A stretch of 64,000 nt of DNA, taken from assembly GCA_904420205.1 (NCBI GenBank), contig CAJFUN010000023.1, positions 129,409 to 193,408 of the forward strand. Reading direction: 5' to 3'. Positions 12,026 through 21,715 of this stretch are shown in pieces. The position numbers and the translations under genes were made by a program. Each line of letters begins with the position of its first letter. Position 1 is the first letter of the stretch. Source of the DNA: Candidatus Parachristensenella avicola. GTDB taxonomy: Bacteria; Bacillota; Clostridia; Christensenellales; UMGS416. Under the pieces are notes generated by a model. The model saw nothing but the letters and a program-made list of their open reading frames with translations. It made no database searches and was not told where the DNA came from.

Positions 12026-12343
12026 AAATCCCTTTCATCCCCAAGAGGGCGGGCCGGTTGGCTCACCCTTTTTTATCTGATACAGGGGAAAAGGAGAGAA
12101 AAGTAAGGAAAGGTAAGAAAAGTAAATGGATGAATAAGTTAACCTTTTTCACCGATCGTTTTGTCGTTCCCGCTACCGGTCAAACGCCATGTAATCCTAT
12201 ACAAATCGCCTGTCTCTAATTTTAGCATCGTTGGTAAATTTTGTCTAAGTTGTTATCCAACGGCCAGCGCGGGAGGGGGTGGAGCATAGAGCGCAGAAGA
12301 AGCTGCAACGATCATAGGGGTACAATAAAAGGAGGAGTATCAC

Positions 12344-15300
12344 ATGAAAAGAAGAAAAAGCGGGTTTTGCCGGATTCATCGGCTGCTGGCGGCTGTGTTG
12401 GGACTGATGTTGACGGCCGCATGCGGATTGACCCTGGGGCTGGCTGGAGGGACACGGCTGGCCTTAGCAGAGACCACTGCGCCAGGGGATACCACAACGC
12501 CCGACGGGACAACAACGGCGCCGGCCAACCAGCCGGATGCGACGGAGCCACAAAGCACAGCAGGAACAACGGCAGCCGAAACAACGGCAACGGCAGCCGA
12601 AACAACGGCAACGGCGGCTGAAACAACGGCAACGGCGGCTGAAACAACGACGGCGGCTGAAACAACGACGGCGGCTGAAACAACGACAGCGCTGCCGGCC
12701 CGGGCGCCGGCCAACCAGGCTGATTCTGGCGCCATTGATGGCTATGCGCCGGAAGGGATGCGGAACCTGGCGCCCAGCGCGGTGGCGGTCGAGGCATCCT
12801 CCAGCTATGAAATGGTTTCAGAAGGCTGGAGTAAAGAGTTCATCAAGGATGGTAAATTGGGCTTTGCCGGCAGTGCGCTTGCCGATCCGAGGGGATGGAG
12901 CACCAACCCCTATGATACCGAGACAAAGGCCGAGGCTCCGGCCTGGATCCGGTTGCAGCTGGATGACGATTATATGATCAGCCGCATAGTCCTGTTCCCG
13001 CGTAGCGATGGTGATGTCTATGGTGATTGCTTCCCAATGGCTTATACGCTGCGTATATCTACAGATGGCGTTTCCTATTCCGATGTCATAACAAAGGAGG
13101 AATCCGGCCTGCCGGAGGAGCCGGTGGTGATTGACCTGGGCAGGCCGGTCGAGGCCCGATATGTGGAGCTATATGTCAGCCTGCGCTATGACCAGGATTC
13201 CATTGGCGGAGGTACGGGAAACGATGGCAAGCTGGTGCAGCTTTCGGAGCTTGCAATATTTGGCCAAGACACGCCGGAAGCCTTTGATCCGGCCGATATC
13301 GATTCCTACGCACCCAAGGGCACGACAAATCTGGCCCTGAAGGCGGCGGCTTCAGCGTTGTCCACCTATGAACCGACCGATGTTCCGGTATGGAGTATTC
13401 GCTTTTTGAATAACGGCGTGATCGGTGAGGACGGATGGTCGACAAACCCCTTTGTAGTAGAGGGCGAGACAGTCCCGACCTGGGCGCAACTGGATTTAGG
13501 CGCCAATTATGCCATGGATCGGGTGGTGCTTTTCCCCAAGGGCAGTTTCCCGGTAGACTATGAACTACAGGTTTCTCTGGATGGTAATGCGTTTGAAACC
13601 GTACACCGGGTTACGGGGCAGGTACCCCCGGACGAGCCGGTAGTGGCCGACCTGCCCCAGGGGACGGAAGGGCGATATGTAAGGCTTTATGTAACCAGAC
13701 GGGGCGGTGACGCAGATCCGCAGGGCGGTATGCTGGTACAGCTTTCAGAGCTTGCTGTTTTCGGCAGGGTGGGCAGCGTAACGGTGGGCGTCAACAAGCC
13801 GGCGTTGCTCCTAACGCCTGGCATGACTGAAACGCTTAAGGCAGAGGTCGTGAAGAATGAATCCGATCAGGTAGAGCTTATCTGGAGCAGTGATCGGACG
13901 GATGTTGCCACGGTGGATGAGAACGGCCTGGTGAGAGCAGTAGCTGCTGGCGAAGCGACTATTACGCTGACCGAAAAGGTGCATAATGTGACCGCTAGCT
14001 GTACAGTCCATGTGCAGGATAGCGTGGACTGGGCCAGTGACCAGTTTATGATCTCTGTTTTCTGGCCGCCCACCAAGGATTATGTAACCGACGAACATTA
14101 TAAGGCTATGGCTGACGCTGGAATTGACTATGTCAACAATGTGACAGGCAATGATCTAAATGACAAGGAAACCAACCTGAAGATGGCGGAGCTGGCCTTT
14201 AAGTATGGTATGCAGGTTTCCGTGGCCGATCATCGCTTCGGCGGCAACCTGACCGGCATGACCGATGAGCAGATTCAGGAGCTGGTGCAGGAATACACCA
14301 ACGTGCCCGGCGTCGGTGGATTCTATATCCTGGATGAACCCTGGAATGCCAATCCCTATGCCCGAATCTTTAACGCTATGAAAGCGGTTGCGCCCCAATA
14401 TTATGCCCACCTGAATTTCCTCCCGAATATCTATGGCTCAGAGGAAGCCTATGAGCGGCAGATGAGCGATTGGCTCAGCTTGACCGGCGGCCAGGATTAC
14501 CTGATGTATGATCGCTATCCCTTCAGCTGGGCCGAGGGTTCGCTGGATTACGCCGGTATGCTGTCCAATATGAAATCGGTGTGGAAGGTAGGCCTTGCCC
14601 ATAACGTAAAAACTGGTATGTACCTGCAATCCATAGGCGTAGTGGGCAATTTCCGCCGGACGAATCCGGCCGAGATCCGTTATGAAGCCAATATGGCTAT
14701 GGCCTATGGCTTTAAGCAGCTCTCCTATTTTACCTGGTGGACGCCTACGAACCGGAGTGAGAACTTTACAAACGGCATTATTACCCCGGAAGGGCAGAAA
14801 ACCGACCTGTACGAACCAGTCAAGCAGCTCAACCGCGAGATTCATGCCCTGGGCCGCACCCTGATGGACCTGGATGCTAAGGAGATCTACCTGAACGGCG
14901 AAACCTGGGGGCAGCAGGCCGTGCCCGAGCACTTCTTTGTCCAGGCGCTATCCGACGATAACCTGACCTTCTCCTACATGCGCCATAAGAAAACCGGGCG
15001 CAATTATCTCTTTGTGGTCAATAATTCCTTCTCTGAGGAGAAGGACGTGACGCTGGCCTTCGACGGCGCGATTACCTCGCTCCAGGAGGTTGACCGGCAA
15101 AGCGGCAGCCTGAAGCCAGCCGCGCTGAAGGATGGTAAGCTGTCGCTGCACCTGCCCAAGGGTGAAGGCTATCTTTTCGTGCTGCCAGAGGGATATGATT
15201 ATGAAAAGGCCAATACCGATCCCACGCCGGTAAATCAGAACCTTGCGCTGGGCAAGACGGCCAGCGCGCCCAGCTCCCTGGGAGAGAACGGGTGGTTTAT

Positions 15301-17170
15301 TTCCAATGTAACTGATGGCAAACGCTTTACGGAAAACAGCGTGAACGGCTGGAGTACGGAAAAAGCTGACGCATCCTTTTCAGTTGCGCTGATGGTGGAT
15401 TTAGGCCGGGTAGAAACGGTTAACCGTGTGGATCTGTATCCAGCGGGAAATTCCTTGGAATACGGCGCGACATTCCCGCGGAGCTTTAGCCTTGACGTGT
15501 CCGAGGATGGCAAGACCTGGAATACCGTAAAGACAGTGGAGGGGATGGATGCGCCGGATGCAGCCTTAAGCTATGCGATTAATGATACCAGCGCTCGGTA
15601 CGTCCGCCTTTCGATCACGGAGATGAATGCCCACAGCGGGAAGTTCTCCGCGGCACTGAATGAGATTGAGGTATACTATGATGACGGCAATACCCCTGCG
15701 CCCGCTGCGCCGGAGGCGGAACCGCTTGACCCTTATATAGAAGGGGAGAATATCGCCAAAGCAAAGCCGGTTATTGTGTCTTCAACTACGCCTGACGCTA
15801 CCTATGAGCAGTGGGGATGGGCCAGCAAGTTCCTGGTGGACGAGGATCTCAGTAAGGGCTGGACCAGCAATATTAAGCTGCATAACGACGAGCTGGCGGA
15901 GGAGTGGGCGGCGGTCAGCCTGGGAGCGCCCTTCAATGTATCGTGCGTGGAGCTTTACGCCACCGGTACCTTCGCGGTGGATTATCAGGTTCAGTTGTCG
16001 CTGGATGGCAGGCAGTGGACGACGATTGCCGATGTAAAGGACGATGACGGCAGCAAGGACGCGCCGCGGGTCTATACGCTGGATACGCCGGTCAAGGCGG
16101 CTTATATCCGAATGATCAGTTCCAAGCTCCGCTTGGGCGGCGCGGATGGCTACCTGATGCAGGTGGCCGAGATCAAGGCCTATGGCACCCCGGCTACCGA
16201 TAAGACGGCGTTGGCAGACGCACTGGATGCAGCGCAGGCGCTGGACGAGCAGGACTATACGCCCCAAAGCTGGGCTGCGCTGGCAGAGGCCCTGAAGGCA
16301 GGCCAGGATGTAATGAACGCACCCTATGCCTATCAGTATGAGGCCGATCAGGCGGCGGGTGAAGTAAACCGTTTGATTAAAGCTCTTTCTGCCCGGGCGC
16401 AGTTCGGCGCCTTGGAGGTGGCTGTCGCGCAGGCAGAAGCCATACAGGATTTGCAGCGGTACACACCCAAGAGCGTGGCAGCTTTCAAGAATGCGCTGGC
16501 AGACGCCCAGGCGATGATGCAGAACCTGAATGCAACGCAGGCGGAGGTGGATCAGATTCGGGATGCATTAAATGGAGCAATGACAGGGCTAGGACTGAAG
16601 GCGCAGAAAGCAAACCTGCAGGAGACCATTGCCGAGGCAAAGGCGCTGAAGCAGACAGATTATACGCAGGAGAGCCTTCAAGCTGTGATGGATGCATTGG
16701 CGGAAGCAGAAAAGGTGGGACTGGACGAGAACGCCGGGCAACAGGCCGTGGACGAGGCCAACCAGCGGCTGAAGGAAGCGCTGAAGGCGCTGACGCTCAA
16801 ACCGGCGCAGACCCAGGCGCTGGCGGACGCCATCGCGGCGGCCGGGGCCTTGACAGAAGCAAACTATACGGCTGAAAGCTGGGCGGCGCTGCAGCGTGCG
16901 CTGACGGCCGCCCGGGAGCTGATGGCCCGCGATGAGCTGACTGTGCGCGACCAGGCCACGGTGGACGCAGCGCTGGAGGTGCTGACGGCGGCGCAAAAGG
17001 CCCTGCAGCCCGAAAAGAGCGAAACGACAACTACGGTGCAGGCAACGGGGGCAGACGCGGTAAAGACCGGCGATACCATGGCGGCAGGGTGGCTGGCTGC
17101 CCTCGCCGCGGTAAGCGGCGCGCTGCTGGCTGCGCTGCTTGTGGCCAAGCGCCGGAGCAGCAGGCAATAG
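12344..17170 (+). CDS. Large cell-surface protein: Thr/Ala-Glu repeat, multiple F5/8 type C (discoidin-like) domains, Big_2, glycosidase-like TIM barrel, four FIVAR repeats, C-terminal anchor
   Basis: Signal peptide; four F5/8C-like segments (e.g. ATWVQLDLG/VDLGRVETVNRVDLYPAG types); Big_2-like WSSDRTDVATVDENGLVRAVAAGEATIT; FIVAR-like YTPQSWAALAEAL / YTPKSVAAFKNAL / YTQESLQAVMDAL / YTAESWAALQRAL; TM plus KRRSSRQ tail. Confidence 0.85.
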   Translation: MKRRKSGFCRIHRLLAAVLGLMLTAACGLTLGLAGGTRLALAETTAPGDTTTPDGTTTAPANQPDATEPQSTAGTTAAETTATAAETTATAAETTATAAETTTAAETTTAAETTTALPARAPANQADSGAIDGYAPEGMRNLAPSAVAVEASSSYEMVSEGWSKEFIKDGKLGFAGSALADPRGWSTNPYDTETKAEAPAWIRLQLDDDYMISRIVLFPRSDGDVYGDCFPMAYTLRISTDGVSYSDVITKEESGLPEEPVVIDLGRPVEARYVELYVSLRYDQDSIGGGTGNDGKLVQLSELAIFGQDTPEAFDPADIDSYAPKGTTNLALKAAASALSTYEPTDVPVWSIRFLNNGVIGEDGWSTNPFVVEGETVPTWAQLDLGANYAMDRVVLFPKGSFPVDYELQVSLDGNAFETVHRVTGQVPPDEPVVADLPQGTEGRYVRLYVTRRGGDADPQGGMLVQLSELAVFGRVGSVTVGVNKPALLLTPGMTETLKAEVVKNESDQVELIWSSDRTDVATVDENGLVRAVAAGEATITLTEKVHNVTASCTVHVQDSVDWASDQFMISVFWPPTKDYVTDEHYKAMADAGIDYVNNVTGNDLNDKETNLKMAELAFKYGMQVSVADHRFGGNLTGMTDEQIQELVQEYTNVPGVGGFYILDEPWNANPYARIFNAMKAVAPQYYAHLNFLPNIYGSEEAYERQMSDWLSLTGGQDYLMYDRYPFSWAEGSLDYAGMLSNMKSVWKVGLAHNVKTGMYLQSIGVVGNFRRTNPAEIRYEANMAMAYGFKQLSYFTWWTPTNRSENFTNGIITPEGQKTDLYEPVKQLNREIHALGRTLMDLDAKEIYLNGETWGQQAVPEHFFVQALSDDNLTFSYMRHKKTGRNYLFVVNNSFSEEKDVTLAFDGAITSLQEVDRQSGSLKPAALKDGKLSLHLPKGEGYLFVLPEGYDYEKANTDPTPVNQNLALGKTASAPSSLGENGWFISNVTDGKRFTENSVNGWSTEKADASFSVALMVDLGRVETVNRVDLYPAGNSLEYGATFPRSFSLDVSEDGKTWNTVKTVEGMDAPDAALSYAINDTSARYVRLSITEMNAHSGKFSAALNEIEVYYDDGNTPAPAAPEAEPLDPYIEGENIAKAKPVIVSSTTPDATYEQWGWASKFLVDEDLSKGWTSNIKLHNDELAEEWAAVSLGAPFNVSCVELYATGTFAVDYQVQLSLDGRQWTTIADVKDDDGSKDAPRVYTLDTPVKAAYIRMISSKLRLGGADGYLMQVAEIKAYGTPATDKTALADALDAAQALDEQDYTPQSWAALAEALKAGQDVMNAPYAYQYEADQAAGEVNRLIKALSARAQFGALEVAVAQAEAIQDLQRYTPKSVAAFKNALADAQAMMQNLNATQAEVDQIRDALNGAMTGLGLKAQKANLQETIAEAKALKQTDYTQESLQAVMDALAEAEKVGLDENAGQQAVDEANQRLKEALKALTLKPAQTQALADAIAAAGALTEANYTAESWAALQRALTAARELMARDELTVRDQATVDAALEVLTAAQKALQPEKSETTTTVQATGADAVKTGDTMAAGWLAALAAVSGALLAALLVAKRRSSRQ
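12565..12688 (+). repeat. In-frame short tandem repeats (21-bp then 18-bp units) encoding (A)AETTATA/AETTTA
   Basis: Successive gccgaaacaacggcaacggca-type units followed by gctgaaacaacgacggcg units. Confidence 0.9.
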
Positions 17171-17197
17171 CGGCTGGGCGCCGAAGCCGGTAAACCC

Positions 17198-17232
17198 AAA
17201 GGGGGCTCCATCGAAAAGATGGAGCCCCCTTC
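17198..17232. terminator. Bidirectional intrinsic terminator
   Basis: AAAGGGGGCTCCATCGAAAAGATGGAGCCCCCTTC between convergent genes. Confidence 0.8.
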
Positions 17233-17245
17233 GTCGTGCCGCCGG

Positions 17246-19141
17246 TTAGACCGTATCCCTGGGAGCGGCATAGTACTGGGCTTGGGCAAGCCAGAGCGCA
17301 TAATACTTTCCGGAGGGATCAAGCACCAGCGTGTCATGGCGGCCCTGCTGGACGATACGCCCACCGTCGAATACTAGAATGTCATCGCAGAAACGGCAGC
17401 TTGAAAGCCGGTGTGAAATGTAAATTGCCGTTTTATCGCCGACAATTTCATTAAACCGGGCGTAGATTTCAGCCTCGGCAATGGGATCCAAGGCGACGGT
17501 CGGTTCGTCGAGTACGATAAAGGGCGCGTTTTTATATAGGGCGCGGGCTATGGCAATCTTCTGGGCTTCGCCGCCGGAAACCGCTACGCCGTTTTGATCC
17601 AGATCCTTGTAAAGATAGTCTTCCAGGCTCATCGTATCCAGCTTTTCACCAAAACCCGCCTCCACCAGGCAGGCGCGGACTCGCGCGGCGTCATAGCGCC
17701 TGGAGGCGGCTACGTTTTGCCCCAACGGGAGGGCAAAAAGCATAAAATCCTGAAAGACGACGGAGAAAATGGAAAGATACTCTAAATAGCGATATTTGCG
17801 GATATCAATGCCATTAAGTAAAATCTGGCCCTCGGTAGGATCGTATAGGCGGCAGAGCAGCTTGATAAAGGTCGTCTTGCCAGAGCCGTTTTCCCCGACT
17901 ACGGCCATGCGCTTGCCGATTTCAAACTTCATGGATATATGGCGCAGGGCCCAAGATTGGGTGCCGGGATAGCGGAAGGATACGTCCCGGAATTCAATCT
18001 CATACTTGCGGTCGGAGCGTTTCTCCACAGTGAGGCTACCCTGATACATGGCGTTGGGGATATCCAGAAAGGTAAAGAGGGTATCCAGGAAGGGCGCGTT
18101 ATTCACCATGGCCCCAAGGGCGGTAAACAAACCGGCTATACTGCTGGACAGGGTGGTGATGGCGCTCACATACTGGGTGATGGAACCCACGCCGAAAGCG
18201 CCGCCATAAGCCTTAAGCCCCACATAGACGTATACGACGCCGACAAATAAGGTGGTGACAGCGGCGGAGGCGGCCTTCAGGAAACCTCCGGATTTTCGGG
18301 CGTAGCGGGCGAAGGGGCCCTTAGGGCTGAAGGAACTGTCCAGGCCGGAAGCCCACTGCCTGCGGCTGAGGATATCTTGCCGGTAGATGCGGATATCCAG
18401 GGCGCGGGCGCGATCCTGGCCCAGGCTCCCGAAGTAGAAAAACAGGCGGTTTCCAAACCTGGCCTCAGCCATTCCCTCTGCCCAGTAGGCCTCGGCTCGA
18501 TTGGAAAGGAAGGCGGAAAGCAGCACGGCCAACAATAGAGCCAGCAGCACCAGCAGGGCAAACAGCGGATGATTCAGCAGCGCAAGGGCTCCAGCAGTGG
18601 AGGGCACCGGCAGGAGAAACAGCGAAATGGTCAGGGCGATGGCTCCGCCGGCCCTGCAAAGGTTCTTGGCCAAGCGCTGGAAGCAGGAGACAGACTTCAC
18701 CAGGCCCCAACCGCCCCAGTTCGCATTTTGCGTGACCTGTGATAAAAGGTCATGGGTGCGGGGATCATCCATAGAGGCAAAGTCAAGCGTCAGCATCTTT
18801 TGCGACAAAATATGCTGTAAATGCAGAAAAATCTTTTTCTGGTGCACCTGCTCCCAACGATTCAGGAGGGCGGTGACCAGGGATGCGGCGGCGGTGATGA
18901 GGATGACCGCTAGCACCAGATGCGTAAGCCTTCCGGGATCCCGGCCAGATGAAAGCTCATTGAGGATCTGGGCCGAATACCAGATGGGTACATAAAGGGT
19001 AAAGGCGGCGGCAAGGCGATGGCATGCGATGGAAAGTAGGATAGCCGGATCCTGACGCCAGATCAGCGAATAGGCACGGAAGTTCAGCCGCAGGGCGGCC
19101 TTCGTTGAGCGGTTGCCTTCTTGCCTTTTATTACGCTTCAT
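17246..19141 (-). CDS. ABC exporter half-transporter (TMD-NBD)
   Basis: Walker A GENGSGKTT, signature VSGGEAQKIAIARA, Walker B FIVLDEPTVALD. Start MKRNKRQEG at 19141. Confidence 0.92.
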   Translation of the reverse strand: MKRNKRQEGNRSTKAALRLNFRAYSLIWRQDPAILLSIACHRLAAAFTLYVPIWYSAQILNELSSGRDPGRLTHLVLAVILITAAASLVTALLNRWEQVHQKKIFLHLQHILSQKMLTLDFASMDDPRTHDLLSQVTQNANWGGWGLVKSVSCFQRLAKNLCRAGGAIALTISLFLLPVPSTAGALALLNHPLFALLVLLALLLAVLLSAFLSNRAEAYWAEGMAEARFGNRLFFYFGSLGQDRARALDIRIYRQDILSRRQWASGLDSSFSPKGPFARYARKSGGFLKAASAAVTTLFVGVVYVYVGLKAYGGAFGVGSITQYVSAITTLSSSIAGLFTALGAMVNNAPFLDTLFTFLDIPNAMYQGSLTVEKRSDRKYEIEFRDVSFRYPGTQSWALRHISMKFEIGKRMAVVGENGSGKTTFIKLLCRLYDPTEGQILLNGIDIRKYRYLEYLSIFSVVFQDFMLFALPLGQNVAASRRYDAARVRACLVEAGFGEKLDTMSLEDYLYKDLDQNGVAVSGGEAQKIAIARALYKNAPFIVLDEPTVALDPIAEAEIYARFNEIVGDKTAIYISHRLSSCRFCDDILVFDGGRIVQQGRHDTLVLDPSGKYYALWLAQAQYYAAPRDTV

Positions 19142-20954
19142 GGGCCGGCTCTCCTTCCTGATAATAGCGGCTCTGCACTTCAAAGAGGCGGGCATACTCG
19201 CCGCCGCGGCGCAGAAGGGATTCATGGGTTCCTTCTTCGGCAATTATGCCGTTTTTCAAAAGAAGAATCCGGTCGCAGAATCGCGTGGAGGCCAACCGGT
19301 GGGAGATGAAAAGGCTGGTTTTGTTCCGTGAAAGCTCATGATAGCGGCTATAAATATCGCTTTCGGCCAGAGGATCCAGGGCGGCGGTGGGTTCGTCCAG
19401 CACCAGGATCGGCCCATCCTTATAGATGGCGCGGGCCAGCATAAGCCGCTGCAGCTGGCCGCCGGAAAGCTCGACGGCATCTTCATAGACCTCCTTTCCC
19501 AGGTGGGTATCGAGCCCCAAAGGCAGCTCCCGCAGCTTTCCGGCAAGCCCGGCCAAGCTGATGCATGATTCCGCCTTTGCCCGATCGTAGGTATCGCTTT
19601 GCGCTACATTTTCGCCAAGGGTAGCGGCCAGCAGGGAGAAATCCTGGAACACGGCGGAAAAGAGCTTGTAGTACTCGCGCCGGTTGTATTGGCGGATATC
19701 CTGCCCGTTCAGCAAGACGCAGCCGGACGTAGGATCCAGAAAGCCGCAGAGCAGCTTTACCAGCGTGGTTTTGCCTGCGCCGTTCAGGCCGACCAGGGCC
19801 AGCTTCTCCCCAGGGCGGATGGTCAAGGTAAGGTCATGGATCGTATCCGCGGCAGCCTCAGGATAGCGGAAGGTTACATGCGCAAGCTGGAGTTCATAGC
19901 GCTGGGCTGCAGACAGGGGCGCGCCCTCCTCGAAGGCAAAGGGCTCGGGCCAGGTGAGGCATTCCCGCAGGGCGGAAAGGTCGAGGCTGTGCCGGTGCAG
20001 CTCAGAGGCCGTGGACAGAATACCGGTAACCCAGGTGGTGAAACCGCCTATGGCGGAAAAGTAAAGCAGAAACTGGGCGGCGCTGAGGCCCTGACGCAGG
20101 GTAAGGGAGATAAGATAGGCATAGGCCACGCCGTTGCGCAGCAAGGTCAGCAGGATATCGATGACGTCGGTCCCAAGGTAGACGCGCTGGGCCCGGTGAA
20201 TAAAGTGATGATAAGCCCGCAGCGCAGCATTCCCAAGATCGTCCAGCCAGGGTTTCATACCAAAGATGCGGATATCCTTTGCAGCGCGGATATCCTGAGA
20301 AAGGCTGGCAATATGGAAAAACTGCTGCGAGCAGGCGGCCTCCTGCTCGCGGTGGCGGTATTCCCAGCCGTTGATGTGCCGGCTTGCCCCATAACCGGCT
20401 ATGGAAGAGACCAGCGTAATAAGTATGACGACTGGATCCAGCGACGCGATAAGGAGTAGATAAAGGATGAAGCCCAGAACATTCAGCGCCAGGGTTTGCA
20501 GCGTTTCCCATATGATTTCACCGGCGCTGTCATTGTTGTTCAGGGCTTTTTGCGACTTTTTTAGCAAGGCCAGAAAGGCAGGCTGCAGCGTATTGGTATA
20601 GGCCGTTTGGCAGAGCTTGCCGTTAACCTGCGATAGCAGATCGGTACGCACGGCAATTCGATCATAAATGACATTGTCGCCAATATACGCGGTAGCTGCG
20701 CTTACCAGGGTCAGCCCCAAGGTGAACAGTCCTATGGTGGCCAGAAGCTGCCCCAGGGGTACGGCCTGTTCGATCGCGAAGAGCACCTGAGGCGCAGCAA
20801 AAAGGCCCAGCAGGCTGTTGGCCAGGCCAAGGCCAATCTGGGCCAGGCACAGCCAAAGCACGCTTCTGCGCACGCGCCAAGCGGCACGCAGCATAAAGAG
20901 CACATTGGAGGCCGTGCTGAATTTGGGTTTGGATTGATCGGTTTTTCTATGCAT
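19131..20954 (-). CDS. ABC exporter half-transporter (TMD-NBD)
   Basis: Walker A GLNGAGKTT, signature LSGGQLQRLMLARA, Walker B ILVLDEPTAALD; overlaps the next gene by 11 bp. Confidence 0.92.
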   Translation of the reverse strand: MHRKTDQSKPKFSTASNVLFMLRAAWRVRRSVLWLCLAQIGLGLANSLLGLFAAPQVLFAIEQAVPLGQLLATIGLFTLGLTLVSAATAYIGDNVIYDRIAVRTDLLSQVNGKLCQTAYTNTLQPAFLALLKKSQKALNNNDSAGEIIWETLQTLALNVLGFILYLLLIASLDPVVILITLVSSIAGYGASRHINGWEYRHREQEAACSQQFFHIASLSQDIRAAKDIRIFGMKPWLDDLGNAALRAYHHFIHRAQRVYLGTDVIDILLTLLRNGVAYAYLISLTLRQGLSAAQFLLYFSAIGGFTTWVTGILSTASELHRHSLDLSALRECLTWPEPFAFEEGAPLSAAQRYELQLAHVTFRYPEAAADTIHDLTLTIRPGEKLALVGLNGAGKTTLVKLLCGFLDPTSGCVLLNGQDIRQYNRREYYKLFSAVFQDFSLLAATLGENVAQSDTYDRAKAESCISLAGLAGKLRELPLGLDTHLGKEVYEDAVELSGGQLQRLMLARAIYKDGPILVLDEPTAALDPLAESDIYSRYHELSRNKTSLFISHRLASTRFCDRILLLKNGIIAEEGTHESLLRRGGEYARLFEVQSRYYQEGEPAHEA

Positions 20955-21013
20955 CGCGTTTCCCTCCTTGCTGGCTTTATCCTACCGCGGCGGAGCCGAT
21001 AGAGGATGAAGAA

Positions 21014-21047
21014 GGGGACGAACCGCATCGTATGGGGGACGAATCGC
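21014..21047 (-). promoter_or_regulatory. Candidate regulator-binding direct repeats (21-bp period)
   Basis: Minus strand GCGATTCGTCCCC and GCGGTTCGTCCCC (12/13 identical) 21 bp apart between the HK and ABC genes. Confidence 0.4.
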
Positions 21048-21707
21048 TTATTGGGGTAGCAGTACCTCTGTGGTGAAGGCGCCATCTTCACTGTTGCGGG
21101 TGATATAGCCGCCCAGACGCTCCACCGCCGCGTCCACACGCTGAAGGCCAAAGCCGTGCCCCTGCCCCTTCAGGGAAGCAAACCGGCTGCCCAGCCTGGC
21201 TTGCTTACCCGTGGCCGTCAGGTTGGTAAAGGACATGTAGAGCTGGGTGTTCTTCATCTCCATATAGATGCGGATCATCCGCGCCTCCTGGGGGAGCTTC
21301 ATGCTGGCCTCAATCGCATTATCAAAAAGATTGCCCACGATAACGCACAGGTCGACCTGGGAGGTTGTAAGTTCTACCGGGATATTGGCGTCGATAGTGA
21401 CTGGAATGTCCCGGGAAGCCGCCAGGGAAAGCTTACTGCGCAGGATCGCGTCAGCCATGCGGTTGCCGGTTTTGACTTGTACATCCACAGCGGAAAGATC
21501 AGCGTCCAGCTCGTCCAGGTAACGGCGCAGGGCAGGAAGATCGCCGTCGGCAGCATAGCTTTTCATGGTCTGGATATGGTTTCGGTAATCATGCCGCCAG
21601 CCGCGCATGCGGTGGTACATATTGGCCACCTCGGCATAATGCGTTTCCATCAGCTCGTTCTGATAGGCGGCGATGCGTTTATCGATCAATCGGTTTATCA
21701 GGCCCAT
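21048..21707 (-). CDS. GHKL-type sensor histidine kinase, no apparent TM region
   Basis: MRGWRHDYRNHIQTMKSY (H-box HDYRNH), VIVGNLFDNAIEA N-box, GHGFGLQRVDAAVERLGG. Internal start at 21707. Confidence 0.85.
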   Translation of the reverse strand: MGLINRLIDKRIAAYQNELMETHYAEVANMYHRMRGWRHDYRNHIQTMKSYAADGDLPALRRYLDELDADLSAVDVQVKTGNRMADAILRSKLSLAASRDIPVTIDANIPVELTTSQVDLCVIVGNLFDNAIEASMKLPQEARMIRIYMEMKNTQLYMSFTNLTATGKQARLGSRFASLKGQGHGFGLQRVDAAVERLGGYITRNSEDGAFTTEVLLPQ

Positions 21708-21715
21708 GCTGCCTC

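Noticed and set aside
12040-12075. Possible terminator after the oxidoreductase gene (GGGCGGG...CACCCTTTTTT)
   Set aside because: Only a short imperfect stem; not strong enough to annotate.
12565-12688. CRISPR-like repeat
   Set aside because: Contiguous in-frame coding repeats without spacers.
19599-20459. 286-aa plus-strand ORF
   Set aside because: Antisense shadow of the ABC exporter gene.
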